A DNA stretch of 64,000 nucleotides from NCBI GenBank assembly GCA_963823665.1, contig CAWGMQ010000005.1, positions 1,888,001 to 1,952,000 on the forward strand, given 5' to 3'. Both the position numbers and the translations under genes were made by a program. Numbering within the stretch: the stretch's first letter is position 1; the number at the start of each line of letters is the position of its first letter. Shown here in pieces: positions 30,348-42,818 of this stretch. The stretch is from an uncultured Planctomycetota bacterium. Its GTDB lineage: Bacteria > Planctomycetota > Planctomycetia > Isosphaerales > Isosphaeraceae. The notes beneath the pieces are model-generated. The model saw nothing but the letters and a program-made list of their open reading frames with translations. It made no database searches and was not told where the DNA came from.

Positions 30348-30751
30348 CGCCTCATGTTCGGGTTATCGGAGAGGGACCTGACGTGATTTCGCAGGTTCGG
30401 CTCAACCTGAGCGGATTTGTGTGGGATTACTTCTGCGATCCCGATAATCCCGGGCGGGCCCGGCTGGCTGCGATGAACGTCTTCTTATCTGATCTTGAGG
30501 TGGGAAAAGCTGAGGGGTGCTATGTTGTTGGTTCTCTGCCGAGCCTGCCGTTTCGGGACGGGCAGTTTGATCTGGCTTTGTGCTCGCACTTGCTGTTTCT
30601 TTACTCGGATCGATTGACTTTGAGTTTCATCTGGCGTCGATTGAGGAGTTGCTGCGGGTGGCGGTGGAGGTTCGGGTTTTCCCTTTGCTGACCTTGGAGC
30701 AGGAGCACTCGCCGTATGTTGAGCCTTTGGTGGGCTGCTTGGCTGAGAAGG
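30348..30751 (+). pseudogene. SAM-methyltransferase copy B (internal deletion, 1-bp frameshift, 3' truncated)
   Basis: RLMFGLSERDLT | VISQVRLNLSGFVWDYF..ARLAAM..LPSLPFRDGQFDLALCSHLLFLYSD..EELLRVAVEVRVFPLL. Confidence 0.8.
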
Positions 30752-30778
30752 AAATCGCGATCGTTTTGAGTGTGCGAG

Positions 30779-31081
30779 TTAAGGGATCTGAGCGTTCTCT
30801 TCGTCGCGTATCTCCAGATAGCGTTTCATGTGATTCTCAACGTCCAGTTGGTGGCTTGCCATGTCACAAACAACATCGAAGGGCTCCGCATGGAAAAAGA
30901 GTTCAAACTCCTCCAGAGGTTGATTCATGAGCTTTTTCTGGAGTTCGGCCAACTTATTCAATGCGGATGCTGAGCATTTGGGATGGAACTCGCGAATGCA
31001 ATGCTCGACAACCGCCCAATATTCTTGCTGCGCGTCATCAGGGACGATGTGTGAAGGTCTTAGTATATTGGCTTTACTCAT
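30779..31081 (-). CDS. Hypothetical 100-aa helical protein, AT-rich (antitoxin-like partner?)
   Basis: YWAVVEHCIREFH..FFHAEPFDVVCDMA; start overlaps the upstream stub. Confidence 0.65.
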   Translation of the reverse strand: MSKANILRPSHIVPDDAQQEYWAVVEHCIREFHPKCSASALNKLAELQKKLMNQPLEEFELFFHAEPFDVVCDMASHQLDVENHMKRYLEIRDEENAQIP

Positions 31082-31142
31082 ATGTGCCGTGGTATAGAAT
31101 AATCTGTTGATCTATCCAAGGCAGTATTCCAGGCAGCGGCAA
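31074..31142 (-). pseudogene. 22-codon stub resembling the N-terminus of a DUF3990/ADP-ribosyltransferase-like protein
   Basis: GGAAGGGG RBS and TTG PLPGILPWIDQQIILYHGTYE*; LYHGT resembles the ART first-strand motif. Confidence 0.45.
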
Positions 31143-31469
31143 ATTGATGCCCCTTCCGAGGAAGAGGAGGTGAGACCAGCAAGAGCCATCTCTAATCATA
31201 GCCGATCGCTTCCGCGGAGCAACGCCGAGTACACGGAGCACCAGTGCGGTCTGCCCGATTGGACTTCTTGCGCAACATGGCGGGAACGAAGGCTTCCAGC
31301 GAAGCGGATGCCCTTCACCGGCTGATGAAGTGCGGTCCCGGTAAGGCTTCGTTTCCTCCATCGCCGCTCCGATAGCCGCCGGTCGGAGCGACTCAGTTGC
31401 CGGGCGGAAATTATAGCCACTGAAGATCAGCACCTTCCGCAGGAGGCACTATAGGACTGGCCTCACAGA

Positions 31470-31814
31470 TTGAGATGGGAAAGGCTGAGGGGCGTTATAT
31501 CGTCGGTTCGCTGCCGAGCCTGCCGTTCTTGGGCGGACAGTTTGATCTGGCTCTGTGCTCGCACTTGTTCTTTCCTTACTCGGATCGATTGAGCTTTGAG
31601 TTTCATCTGGCGTCGATTGAGGAGTTGCTGCGGGTGGCGGCGGAGGTTCGGGTTCTTGACCTTGGAGCGAGAACACTCGCCGCATGTTGAGCCTTTGGTG
31701 AGCTGGTTGGGGGAGAAGGGGTGGAGGGCTGAGATTTGTGGGGTGGCGTATGAATTTCAGCGAGGGGGTGATCGGATGCTTTGGATTGGGAGGCGTGATT
31801 TTGCAGGCGGTTAG
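31470..31814 (+). pseudogene. SAM-methyltransferase copy C (3' part, small deletion near 31655)
   Basis: GKAEGRYIVGSLPSLPF..FDLALCSH..EELLRVAAEVRV / LTLEREHSPHVEP..YEFQRGGDRMLWI. Confidence 0.8.
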
Positions 31815-32178
31815 TTTCGTCAATGAGGCTGAGGCCGAAGCGGTACGATCTTGCCCGCGCCCGCGTGGTTCACGGCTTCGCAGGAAGCGTAGCGAAGTCA
31901 TGAAATGAGATTACGAGCCGGATGCCTCTTTGACAGGCAAGTTTCGATCTGGGGGGGCTCGGGTGCACGGCCACCTAACTCTACCCGGCGCAGGGAAGAG
32001 GTCTAGAATGGCCGGAACGAACACGAGGTGCGCCTTTCTGCGCGGATGATGCGGTTGCATCATCACGACGGTCCCGGGTCCTTTCCCACGGATGCGACGC
32101 GAATCTGCTATTATAGGGCCGAGGCCTCGCTTTCTTCGGGCGCGGCGAGTTGAAGGGACAGCCGAGGGAAGGAAAATC

Positions 32179-32511
32179 ATGAGCATAGACCTTAGCGAGC
32201 AGATCATGATTGGTACCGGCGTCCAGGAGTTCTTGGATCATCATGACCTTGAGGCCGATTTCCGGACCATTTGCGAGCTGGTCAAGGATTGTTTCCCAGA
32301 TGCACTGCGCCTCCAGGCTGCAGTACGGGAGGACGTGGACGAGCCCGGCCGATTCCGCATTCTTTTGAGTGCTACGCTCCCAGCGGAATATCCTCTTGAG
32401 CAGCACTTGGTGCAGAATCGGCGCTATCATGAGCGCCTCGTGCAAACGATCCCCTTGTCCCACTGTCCCTACTTCGCCCTGGTGACTGAGTTCCTGACGG
32501 GGCCACTATGA
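32179..32511 (+). CDS. Small acidic protein upstream of a HEPN gene (putative antitoxin)
   Basis: RBS GGAAGGA; 110 aa; stop overlaps the HEPN start (ATGA). Confidence 0.65.
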   Translation: MSIDLSEQIMIGTGVQEFLDHHDLEADFRTICELVKDCFPDALRLQAAVREDVDEPGRFRILLSATLPAEYPLEQHLVQNRRYHERLVQTIPLSHCPYFALVTEFLTGPL

Positions 32512-32736
32512 AGTGGAGCGAATTCCGGGACACGGCAGATCGCTTGGCGCAGGGCTCAACGGAAGGCGACTGGCGTTCGGCTACCAGTCGCAGTTACTGC
32601 CTTGTCCGCAGTCCTCGAGGTAGATGCGGTGGTGGCGAACTTCCAGGCTCTGCTGGCCGCGGCTTCGACCGTATCGATCGTTGATGGGGCGCGGCGGCAT
32701 CTCCAAGCCATTGGCCGAATACCAAGAACACCGTAG
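32508..32736 (+). pseudogene. HEPN-domain toxin-like gene with central deletion
   Basis: MKWSEFRDTADRLAQGSTEGDWRSATSRSY (HEPN-type RSAxSRxYY helix) joined out of frame to ..VANFQALL..IVDGARRHLQAIGRIPRTP*; no RxxxxY/H motif left. Confidence 0.7.
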
Positions 32737-32788
32737 GGATCAACCGACGGCAACCCATGGAAATGATCGTCTAAAACGGACCCACCCA

Positions 32789-33165
32789 GGGGGGCGAGCC
32801 CGGCTCGGTGCGATGAACTTCTTCTTATCGGACTTTGAGAGGGGAAAAGCTGAGGGCGCTATGTCGCGGCCTCGCTGCCGAGGCTTCCGTTTCGGGACGG
32901 GCAGTTTGATCTGGCTCTGTGCTCGCACTTGCTGTTTCTGTACTCGGATCGATTGAGCTTTGAGTTTCATCTGGCGTTGATTGAGGAGTTGCTGCGAGTG
33001 GCGGCGGAGGTTCGGGGTTTTCCTCGGTTGACCTTGGAGCGGGAGCACTCGCCGTATGTTGAGGCTTTGATGAACTGGTGGGCTGAGAAGGGGGTGGAGG
33101 AGCGAGATTTGTGGGGTGGCGTATGAGTTTCAGCGAGGGGGTGATCGGATGCTTTGGGTTGGGAG
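32789..33165 (+). pseudogene. SAM-methyltransferase copy D (3' part, frameshifted)
   Basis: GRARLGAMNFFLSDFERGKAEG / ..FDLALCSHLLFLYSDRLSFEFHLALIEELLRVAAEVR.. / YEFQRGGDRML. Confidence 0.8.
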
Positions 33166-33232
33166 GGATGATCATCCAAACCGCTTTGTTACTTCCGCGG
33201 AGAGGTAATCGATCGCCTCCAGGACCGGTAAT

Positions 33233-33580
33233 ATGGATCTTGCCGAAGCCGCGGATGCCATTCGTGAAAAGCTTATCGAGCATCGGAACTCGCGAGTCGA
33301 AAACCTCTGGTCCGCGATCCTGAAGCAGATCAGGAAGCAGAATTCGTTTGATGGGCATTACGTAGATCCGATTTTGGAGGTCATCCGATCGTTCTTGAGT
33401 CAGCTAGACGACCCAACGACGATCGGTCTCTGGAAGACGACGGAGGCGGGGCTCGCCGACGATGCTGAGGATGACTGCCTGATTTCCGACTGCATCCGGA
33501 TTGACTTGGAGATGGAGCTGTTGCAGGCAGTCACGGATTTGGCGTGGAAGGAAGCCAAGGAGGGTACGCGAGGGGGTTGA
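33233..33580 (+). CDS. Hypothetical acidic helical protein
   Basis: 115-aa ATG ORF with protein-like composition. Confidence 0.6.
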   Translation: MDLAEAADAIREKLIEHRNSRVENLWSAILKQIRKQNSFDGHYVDPILEVIRSFLSQLDDPTTIGLWKTTEAGLADDAEDDCLISDCIRIDLEMELLQAVTDLAWKEAKEGTRGG

Positions 33581-33591
33581 GCCGGTTGCTG

Positions 33592-34032
33592 CTAGAGAGA
33601 CGTATCCGCATTCGGTGCAGCGCCTTGTTCGGGTCTCTTCGCTCGCTTGTATACGCCCAATGCATAGGGCCAGTTCAAGGTTAGAACCGGGGTCTCCCAC
33701 GTCTCCTGGTCGCTGGGTTTGCCATTGTGCCAGATGACGAATTCACCATCACACGTGGGACATCGAAAGCGGACGCGAGGCCAGTCAGCGTCGCTGAAGT
33801 GAAATCCGTCCTGCAAGCGGTTGCAACATGGGCACCGCGGAAGAATCAGCGGGTAGAGCTTCAATCCTCTGTAGAACGGGTACACCAAGGCAAGGTATAT
33901 GCAGAGCCCGCTCAGTGGCACTGCAACCGGACGCAGGTACCAGGGTAGCTGCCGAGACAGCGACAGCCCGATCACCACGCCGATAAGACCGCAGGCGACC
34001 GCGAAGAACAAGTCAATGAGGTTGAATCTCAT
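33592..34032 (-). CDS. Two-TM protein with a zinc-ribbon-like C-terminus
   Basis: Two hydrophobic helices, then CPCC...CPTC; ATGA overlap with the sulfotransferase stop. Confidence 0.65.
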   Translation of the reverse strand: MRFNLIDLFFAVACGLIGVVIGLSLSRQLPWYLRPVAVPLSGLCIYLALVYPFYRGLKLYPLILPRCPCCNRLQDGFHFSDADWPRVRFRCPTCDGEFVIWHNGKPSDQETWETPVLTLNWPYALGVYKRAKRPEQGAAPNADTSL

Positions 34033-35144
34033 TGCTCGTATCCCCATTCGTCGAAGCTTCGGCCCCAGTCGTTGGCGATGCGGCGGCGTAATGGCTCGGG
34101 TAGTTCGTCAAAGCGGTTCTTGCGATAGCCGGCGATCGAGGCGAGGTAGACTTCCAGCCGGGGGCGGAGCTCGTCGAAGCCCGCCAAGCCGAGGGACTCG
34201 TAGATTGACGCGAGCACAGCAACTGGCTCACGAGCCAGATCCTCGAAGGCGACGTCGCAGAGCCGCCCATTGGGGATCAGGCCCCGCTCTGCGAAGTAAG
34301 CATCGTGCATCCTGGTGTACTGTGAAATCATCTGATCATCCCCATCCAGCAACGGGCCTTCCCGGAGGTGATAGAGGGGCTGCGCCGCACGGATCGTGTG
34401 CTTCTCCGAGCGAAATACATCATAGGGGTTTCGGTGGATGTTGACGAAGTGCGCGTCGGGGAACAGCCCGAGGAGCAGCCGGATGCGGGCGGTGTGCAGG
34501 GGTGACTTGAGCACCAGTCGGCGATTGTACCTTACCGTGAGCTTTTTCAGGAACGTCGTCAGGGCGAGCCTCCAGCGCGTGACCTCGTCGTCGGATACGT
34601 CCTGAAACGTCATGTAGCGGTCGTAGTCGACCGAGTCTCCGGGAAAGTTCCAAGCCATGTAGGGGGAGAGGCCCGTCATCGCGCACAAGGCAAACTCATC
34701 CTCCATCGGCAAATTAGCACCCTGGGCCATCTCGTCTTGGCAGCGCCGCCGGGCGACGAGCCTGTCGACGAGGGGGGCTGACCACCGCTCGGTGCCCAGG
34801 AAGGTGTGGGGATTGAAAACCTGGAACAAGGTCGGTGCGCCGAACTGCGGGTCGAGCGCAAGCAGATTGTGCAGATGCGTTGTCCCGCTACGGAAGTGCC
34901 CGAGGATGAACAAAGGGGCCTCGACACGAGCAGCCTCGATCTGCCGTCCGAACCGCGCTCGCTCGATCCGGGCGTTAACGGAGTTGGAGGCGCTCGCAGC
35001 GGTCTGGACAAGCGCGCGAGGCAGGTGCTTCAAGTCGACTGCGAAACCGTGTCGACGCAGTACGGACCACCAGTCGCTCAAGGTCATGCCTTGAAGCGGA
35101 TGGAAAATGTGGTGTGCGGCGAAATCTTTGAATTTCTCTTTCAT
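34029..35144 (-). CDS. Sulfotransferase family protein
   Basis: PLFILGHFRSGTTHLHNLL (5'-PSB), LVLKSPLHTAR, IHRNPYDVFRS, FEDL. Confidence 0.92.
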   Translation of the reverse strand: MKEKFKDFAAHHIFHPLQGMTLSDWWSVLRRHGFAVDLKHLPRALVQTAASASNSVNARIERARFGRQIEAARVEAPLFILGHFRSGTTHLHNLLALDPQFGAPTLFQVFNPHTFLGTERWSAPLVDRLVARRRCQDEMAQGANLPMEDEFALCAMTGLSPYMAWNFPGDSVDYDRYMTFQDVSDDEVTRWRLALTTFLKKLTVRYNRRLVLKSPLHTARIRLLLGLFPDAHFVNIHRNPYDVFRSEKHTIRAAQPLYHLREGPLLDGDDQMISQYTRMHDAYFAERGLIPNGRLCDVAFEDLAREPVAVLASIYESLGLAGFDELRPRLEVYLASIAGYRKNRFDELPEPLRRRIANDWGRSFDEWGYEQ

Positions 35145-35369
35145 GGGGGAATTGGCCGGCGAATTGGCCGTTGGCGACTTCTGTGGCGAAAGCGGCAGTA
35201 CGCTTGGCGCAATGTCTATGATAACGCCCAAGCCGATCCCGATGACGTAATGGGTGGGAGGCATACCCAGCGAAATTGCCGTGGTGCTCGGACATGTGTA
35301 GCATATTACGAAGCAGCGAGCACTGTCTCGATGGCGTTGCCGAATCCCGATCAGGCGAGGTGGTGATAC

Positions 35370-36639
35370 ATGGCACGCAAACGCAGGCTCTTTGGCCCGC
35401 TCTCTTATTCCACGTCGGCCTTGGCCGGGATTTACCTGGTGGGCCTGGGGGCGTGGTGGATCAGGCCAGGGCTTTCGCACGTCTGGACCATGTGGACGCT
35501 CAGCCGGCGAATGGGCGACAGCAATCCCGGGGTTCGAAAGACGGCCGCGAAGGCGTTGGTAAAATACGAGAAGGAGGCCGAATCGTGGCTGGGCTGGGTT
35601 GCGAGGAACGGTAACACCGAGGCGCGGGTACTGGCGTGCTACACCATGGCGCTGCCCCAGTCAGTCGGCGTGGTTCCCGATTTACTCGGTGCGCTTCACG
35701 ACGTCGATCCGCGAGTCCGGCGCGCGGCCGCCGAGAGCCTCGCGCGGTCTGGCTCCAAGTCGGCGGAGCATGTGATGACCAAATGAAGGATCGAGCGATC
35801 GAGGCGATTCGCGCTGCCATCAAGGATCCAGCCTGGGACGTGCGGCGCGCCGCCCTCTGGGCCGTGGACGTCGTGGACCCCGCAAAAAAGGCGTTCGTCG
35901 CCGAGATCGAGAATGCGACACACGACGGTGACCCTCGCGTTCGAGCCGCGGCCGCGCTCTCGTTCTTCGACATCGCTCCCCATAACCCCAAGGCGATCGC
36001 CGCACTTCGAGACATGATCGGCGATCCGGCGCCGTGCGGTGAGGATTTCGTTCAGCACTGCCATATGAAAAATGTGGCTATCCACCAGATGACGATGTCG
36101 GCCGGGGAGTCAGCCGTGCTCGAAACGCTCATGCCACTCATCACGCATCCGGACGCCGAAACGCGAAGCAATGCGATCCGGCTCCTGCCGATTCCGGTAC
36201 GTCCGCTTGAGCCGCTCCATGCGGCGCTTCGCAGGCGCTCCGAGACGGCGACGCACGAGTTCGCGGCGAGGCTGCGCGGATGCTGTTGACTGCGCCGGAC
36301 CAGCACGCGAGTGAAGAGATCGTTGCCGCCCTCCAAGCTGCGGTGGAGAGACCTGTCGAGAATCTCTATCAATTAATGTGGCTTGATCAGTATCTTGCTG
36401 CCCTCCGGAACGTTGCACCGGGTTCCGAGGGTCGGGCTGTGCCAAGCATGGTCGGAGCGATCGACCGTCTGGGGCGTTACGAACAACGCATCATGGTTGA
36501 TCTGCTCGCAAAGATTGGCCCGGATGCCAGGGCAGCCGTACCGAAGCTGATCGAGCTATCCAAGAGTTCGGATGACCGCCTTGCGGCTGCTGCGGATCTA
36601 GCGCTCGGAAAGATCATCTCCGAACCAGCTCCGAACTGA
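35370..36639 (+). CDS. Membrane-anchored HEAT-repeat protein; frameshifted near 35783 and 36230
   Basis: TM helix then repeats DSNPGVRKTAAKAL, DVDPRVRRAAAESL, DPAWDVRRAALWA, DGDPRVRAAAA, LAKIGPDARAAVPKL across three frames. Confidence 0.75.
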
Positions 36640-37514
36640 TCAAACTTGGATTGGGTGGAGGACTGGCCCGTCCAGAACGTTGTTCGGTGGGGGGAAGAAT
36701 ACTCCACGTGCGCGCGCATACACAATGAATTCTTTCCATTAAACGATCTGATCGCTGGAACCCGGAATCTTTCTGGAAATTTCCCAATCGACCGTCCGTC
36801 GAATCGGCAAAATCGTCGCATATTGTACATGCGGGAGTGCGCTGCGCGGTGGCGTTTTGCTGCCCGCGGCCGCTGGCTCACGGCACCACTCGCGTGTCCT
36901 ATGGGGCACGGGCGCGAGGTTCTCTAGTTGCGGCTTACAAGGCCAAAAGGCGGAATGCATGAGAATAACAACAACAACCAGAACAGAGGCGCGAGGGGCG
37001 GCGGGGGCAGCATGGGATTCCTGTTCAGCGGCGGGTACCGGCTGCCCTAAAAGCGGGCGTGTTTGGTCGCCAATTTACACTAATGTACGGATGCTAAATA
37101 GCCCCCGGGAAATTGCCACTTATTGCCATTTTTGCGAGCCGGTGACTGGCCGTCCGGGGCGTGGCATGTTATTCGGAACTCCAAGCAGCATAAATGGATC
37201 TGAAATGGGGCTTGCGATTTTGGTCGATCGAAAAGTCTCTTGGCAATTGTCAGGCAGAATTGCCATTTCGGAATTCACCCGTTGTTCACTATATCGAGCC
37301 GACGTCGATTCCTGGGATTTCCGCGGCCGTTTCTGTCTATCCGGGCGGCTTGCGCCCGATCTCGAGTTGGAAGCACGATCTTCGCCCTCGCGGAACTCGA
37401 AGACCGGTCGGCGGGAGCTTCTGGTGAAGGGAGGTCGCAGCTTCCCAGGCGAGCGGCGGAGAGCGTATTGTTGAGGCTCGTTTGCAACATTCACTGACGC
37501 GAGTGGGCTGAACT

Positions 37515-40013
<2,499 letters not shown>

Positions 40014-40018
40014 AACGG

Positions 40019-40062
40019 CCGACAGTGGGTCTGGCACAGGACCCGACAGTGGGTCCGGCACA
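40019..40062 (+). repeat. Short tandem repeat, about 24-bp period
   Basis: CCGACAGTGGGTCTGGCACA / CCGACAGTGGGTCCGGCACA. Confidence 0.7.
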
Positions 40063-40190
40063 AGTGCCAGACCCACTGAAAAACCTGGCGGCCGCGTTGG
40101 GTCGACTTCGGCGGCGATTGCTCCTAAGATTAGGTGAATGCATGCGCCTCTGGAGTGTGGAGTTTGGGAATGGGTCTGGGACAACCTTCT

Positions 40191-40371
40191 GAAGTTGACG
40201 GTAAGCGCGCCGCAGAGCGGCATAAAGAGCGTTCCCACGCGGAGCGTGGGAACGAGGAGGCGACGCGCGGTCGCTGGGTGCATGAGAGCAAGGAAGTTGA
40301 CGGCAAGCGCGCCGCAGAGTGGTATAAAGAGCGTTCTCATGTGGAGCGTGGGAACGAGGAGGCGACGCGCG
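40191..40371 (+). repeat. Two direct copies (79 bp, 102-bp period) of a REP-like element
   Basis: GAAGTTGACGG.AAGCGCGCCGCAGAG.GG.ATAAAGAGCGTTCCCACGCGGAGCGTGGGAACGAGGAGGCGACGCGCG at 40191 and 40293; internal GTTCCCACGC/GCGTGGGAAC hairpin. Confidence 0.85.
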
Positions 40372-40418
40372 AGCCTGTGCGCGAGGAGGGGACGTCCATT
40401 TGCAGAGTACGGGAAAGA

Positions 40419-42785
40419 GTGCGGCTGATTCTGATTTGTTGTGTGGTGGGCTGCGGTGCAGGCGGCGGTGCCCTGCTTGCTTATGCGCAGGAGCCTTCGA
40501 AGGGTAAAGGGGTGAGGACCGCCGGCCGCGGGGGAGAGGTTTCGTTTCGTAGCGGGGTTGTGCCGATTCTGACCAAGTATTGCGTGGGGTGTCATGGGGC
40601 GACGAAGGCGAAAGCCGGGCTGAACCTTGCATCGTTTCCAGATGAAGCATCGGCGCGGAGCAATCGGAAGGCGTGGGAGCGAGTCAAGGAATATGTGGAA
40701 GGTGGGCTAATGCCGCCGGAGGATCGGCCACAGCCCAGCCGTGAGGAACTGGCACAGTTGACGGGGTGGATCAAGTCTGCGCTCAAGGCCGATGATTGCG
40801 GCCGGACGTTTGACCCTGGGCGTGTGACCATTCGCCGGCTCAATCGGGCCGAGTACAACAATACGATTCGCGACCTCATCGGCATCGACTTTCATCCGGC
40901 CGATGACTTCCCTTCCGACGATGTTGGCTATGGGTTTGATAACATCGGCGATGTTCTCACCATGCCGCCTATTCTCATGGAGAAGTACCTGGCGGCCGCG
41001 GAGGCGATCAGCGAAGAAGCGATTGTTGGGGCGTCTGCTTCCAAGGGGACGGTCAAGACGTGGAACAGTGAGTCGCTGGGCTCTGGCGCGGGTGGCTCGC
41101 CGCGGGAAGATGGATCATTGATCCTCACGTCCGAGAGCGAGATTGTTGTAAACCATGCCTTTCCGCGGAACGCGCATTACATCATTCGCGTGCGGGCCTG
41201 TGGAGACCAGGCGGGGCCAGACCCGGTGCGGATGGCAGTGCGGATCGACGGAAAGGAGTTGAAGCGATTTGATGTTCCGAATCCTTCGGGAAAGTTCCAA
41301 GACTATTCATTCCGGCAGAATCTGAAGGGAGGATCGAGGCGACTTTCCGTGGCGTTTCTGAACGATTACTACCAACCCGACGCACCTGACTCCAAGCAGC
41401 GAGATCGGAATTTGATCGTCGAGTCGATCGAAGTGGAAGGACCGCTGTATACCAGCGGTGATCCGCTGCCCGAGTCGCATCGGCGGATCTTGTTCACGAC
41501 TCCCAGAAATGTCAGCGACATCTCGCGGGCTTCGCATGCGATCATCGAACGGTTTGCGAGCCGGGCTTATCGCCGGCCGGTAAGCGAGGGTGAGATCACG
41601 AAGCTCATGAAGCTGGTCGAGCTGGTCGGGCAGAAGGGTGATTCGTTCGAGCGTGGAATCCAACTGGCTGTTCAGGCGATGCTGGTTTCACCGCAGTTTC
41701 TCTTCCGGGTCGAGCTGGGGTCGCGCGCACCGTCGACCGCGGGGAAGACAGATGAGGCGGCACGCGTCGAGACGATCGGGAACTTTGAGCTGGCGAGCCG
41801 GCTGTCGTATTTTTTGTGGAGCAGCATGCCCGATGACGAGCTGTGGCGAGCGGCGCTGGATGGGTCGCTGCGGTCGGCGGATGTGCTCGAGAAGCAAGTA
41901 CGGCGAATGCTGCGCGACACAAAAGCACAGGCGCTCGTCGAGAACTTCGCGGGGCAGTGGCTTCAACTGCGCAACTTGAGGGCTTTTAATCCGGACCGCG
42001 GTCGATTTCCGAGCTTCGACGACAAGCTGCGAGACGCGATGATTCGTGAGACGGAGCTGTTCTTCGGAGCGGTGATGCGGGGGGATTCGAGCATCCTCGA
42101 CTTCATTGATTCGGACTTCACGTACTTGAACGAACAGATGGCGCGCCATTACGGGATATCTGGCGTCAAAGGGGAGCAGTTCCGCCGGGTGAAACTGAAG
42201 GCGCACGAGCGAGGGGGGCTTGTCACGCAGGCAAGCATCCTGACGGTGACGTCGAACCCGACGCGGACGTCGCCGGTCAAGCGGGGAAAGTGGGTGCTCG
42301 AGCAACTGCTGGGAACACCGCCGCCTCCGCCGCCGCCCAACGTGCCGGTTCTCACGGAAGATGCAAAGGCGCTCACCGCGGCGACCTTGCGATTGCGGAT
42401 GGAGCAGCATCGCTCGAAAGCAAGCTGTGCCGTGTGCCACAACAAGCTAGACCCGCTTGGATTTGGTCTCGAGAATTTTGACGCGATCGGCGCGTGGCGC
42501 AGCCAGGACAGTGGCGGACCGGTTGATTCTTCGGGCACACTGCCATCCGGGGAATCGTTTCGTGGGCCCAAAGAGCTGAAAACGATCTTGAAAGCGCACA
42601 CTGCGGAATTCAGCCGCTGTTTGACGCAGAAAATGCTCACGTATGCGATTGGCCGAGGGTTGGAGGAGTATGACCGGTGTGCGGTCGAGGAAATTGTCAA
42701 GAACCTGGAACGTAACCGATACCGGTTCTCGGCGCTTGTGCTTTTTATCGTGAAGAGCGAGCCATTTCAGAAACGGCGCGGGTGA
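40419..42785 (+). CDS. DUF1592-family protein (planctomycete cytochrome c plus DUF1587/1595/1592/1588/1585 domains)
   Basis: YCVGCH..MPP; RRLNRAEYNNTIRDL; ELASRLSYFLWSSMPD; TSPVKRGKW; CAVCH..DPLGFGLENFDAIG. GTG start inferred after the REP repeats. Confidence 0.93.
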   Translation: MRLILICCVVGCGAGGGALLAYAQEPSKGKGVRTAGRGGEVSFRSGVVPILTKYCVGCHGATKAKAGLNLASFPDEASARSNRKAWERVKEYVEGGLMPPEDRPQPSREELAQLTGWIKSALKADDCGRTFDPGRVTIRRLNRAEYNNTIRDLIGIDFHPADDFPSDDVGYGFDNIGDVLTMPPILMEKYLAAAEAISEEAIVGASASKGTVKTWNSESLGSGAGGSPREDGSLILTSESEIVVNHAFPRNAHYIIRVRACGDQAGPDPVRMAVRIDGKELKRFDVPNPSGKFQDYSFRQNLKGGSRRLSVAFLNDYYQPDAPDSKQRDRNLIVESIEVEGPLYTSGDPLPESHRRILFTTPRNVSDISRASHAIIERFASRAYRRPVSEGEITKLMKLVELVGQKGDSFERGIQLAVQAMLVSPQFLFRVELGSRAPSTAGKTDEAARVETIGNFELASRLSYFLWSSMPDDELWRAALDGSLRSADVLEKQVRRMLRDTKAQALVENFAGQWLQLRNLRAFNPDRGRFPSFDDKLRDAMIRETELFFGAVMRGDSSILDFIDSDFTYLNEQMARHYGISGVKGEQFRRVKLKAHERGGLVTQASILTVTSNPTRTSPVKRGKWVLEQLLGTPPPPPPPNVPVLTEDAKALTAATLRLRMEQHRSKASCAVCHNKLDPLGFGLENFDAIGAWRSQDSGGPVDSSGTLPSGESFRGPKELKTILKAHTAEFSRCLTQKMLTYAIGRGLEEYDRCAVEEIVKNLERNRYRFSALVLFIVKSEPFQKRRG

Positions 42786-42818
42786 CGGGAAGGGGTGATG
42801 CGTGGAGGGTTACCTGTC

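Noticed and set aside
29174..33003. Four recurring ~63-bp cores as a CRISPR array or a DGR template/variable repeat pair
   Set aside because: Spacing is about 1-1.4 kb, the repeats are protein-coding fragments, differences are not adenine-specific, and no cas or reverse transcriptase gene is present.
40191..40371. Direct repeats as a mini-CRISPR or as an N-terminal protein repeat of ORF 40134..42785
   Set aside because: Only two 79-bp copies with a REP-type hairpin; the gene more plausibly starts at the signal peptide near 40419.
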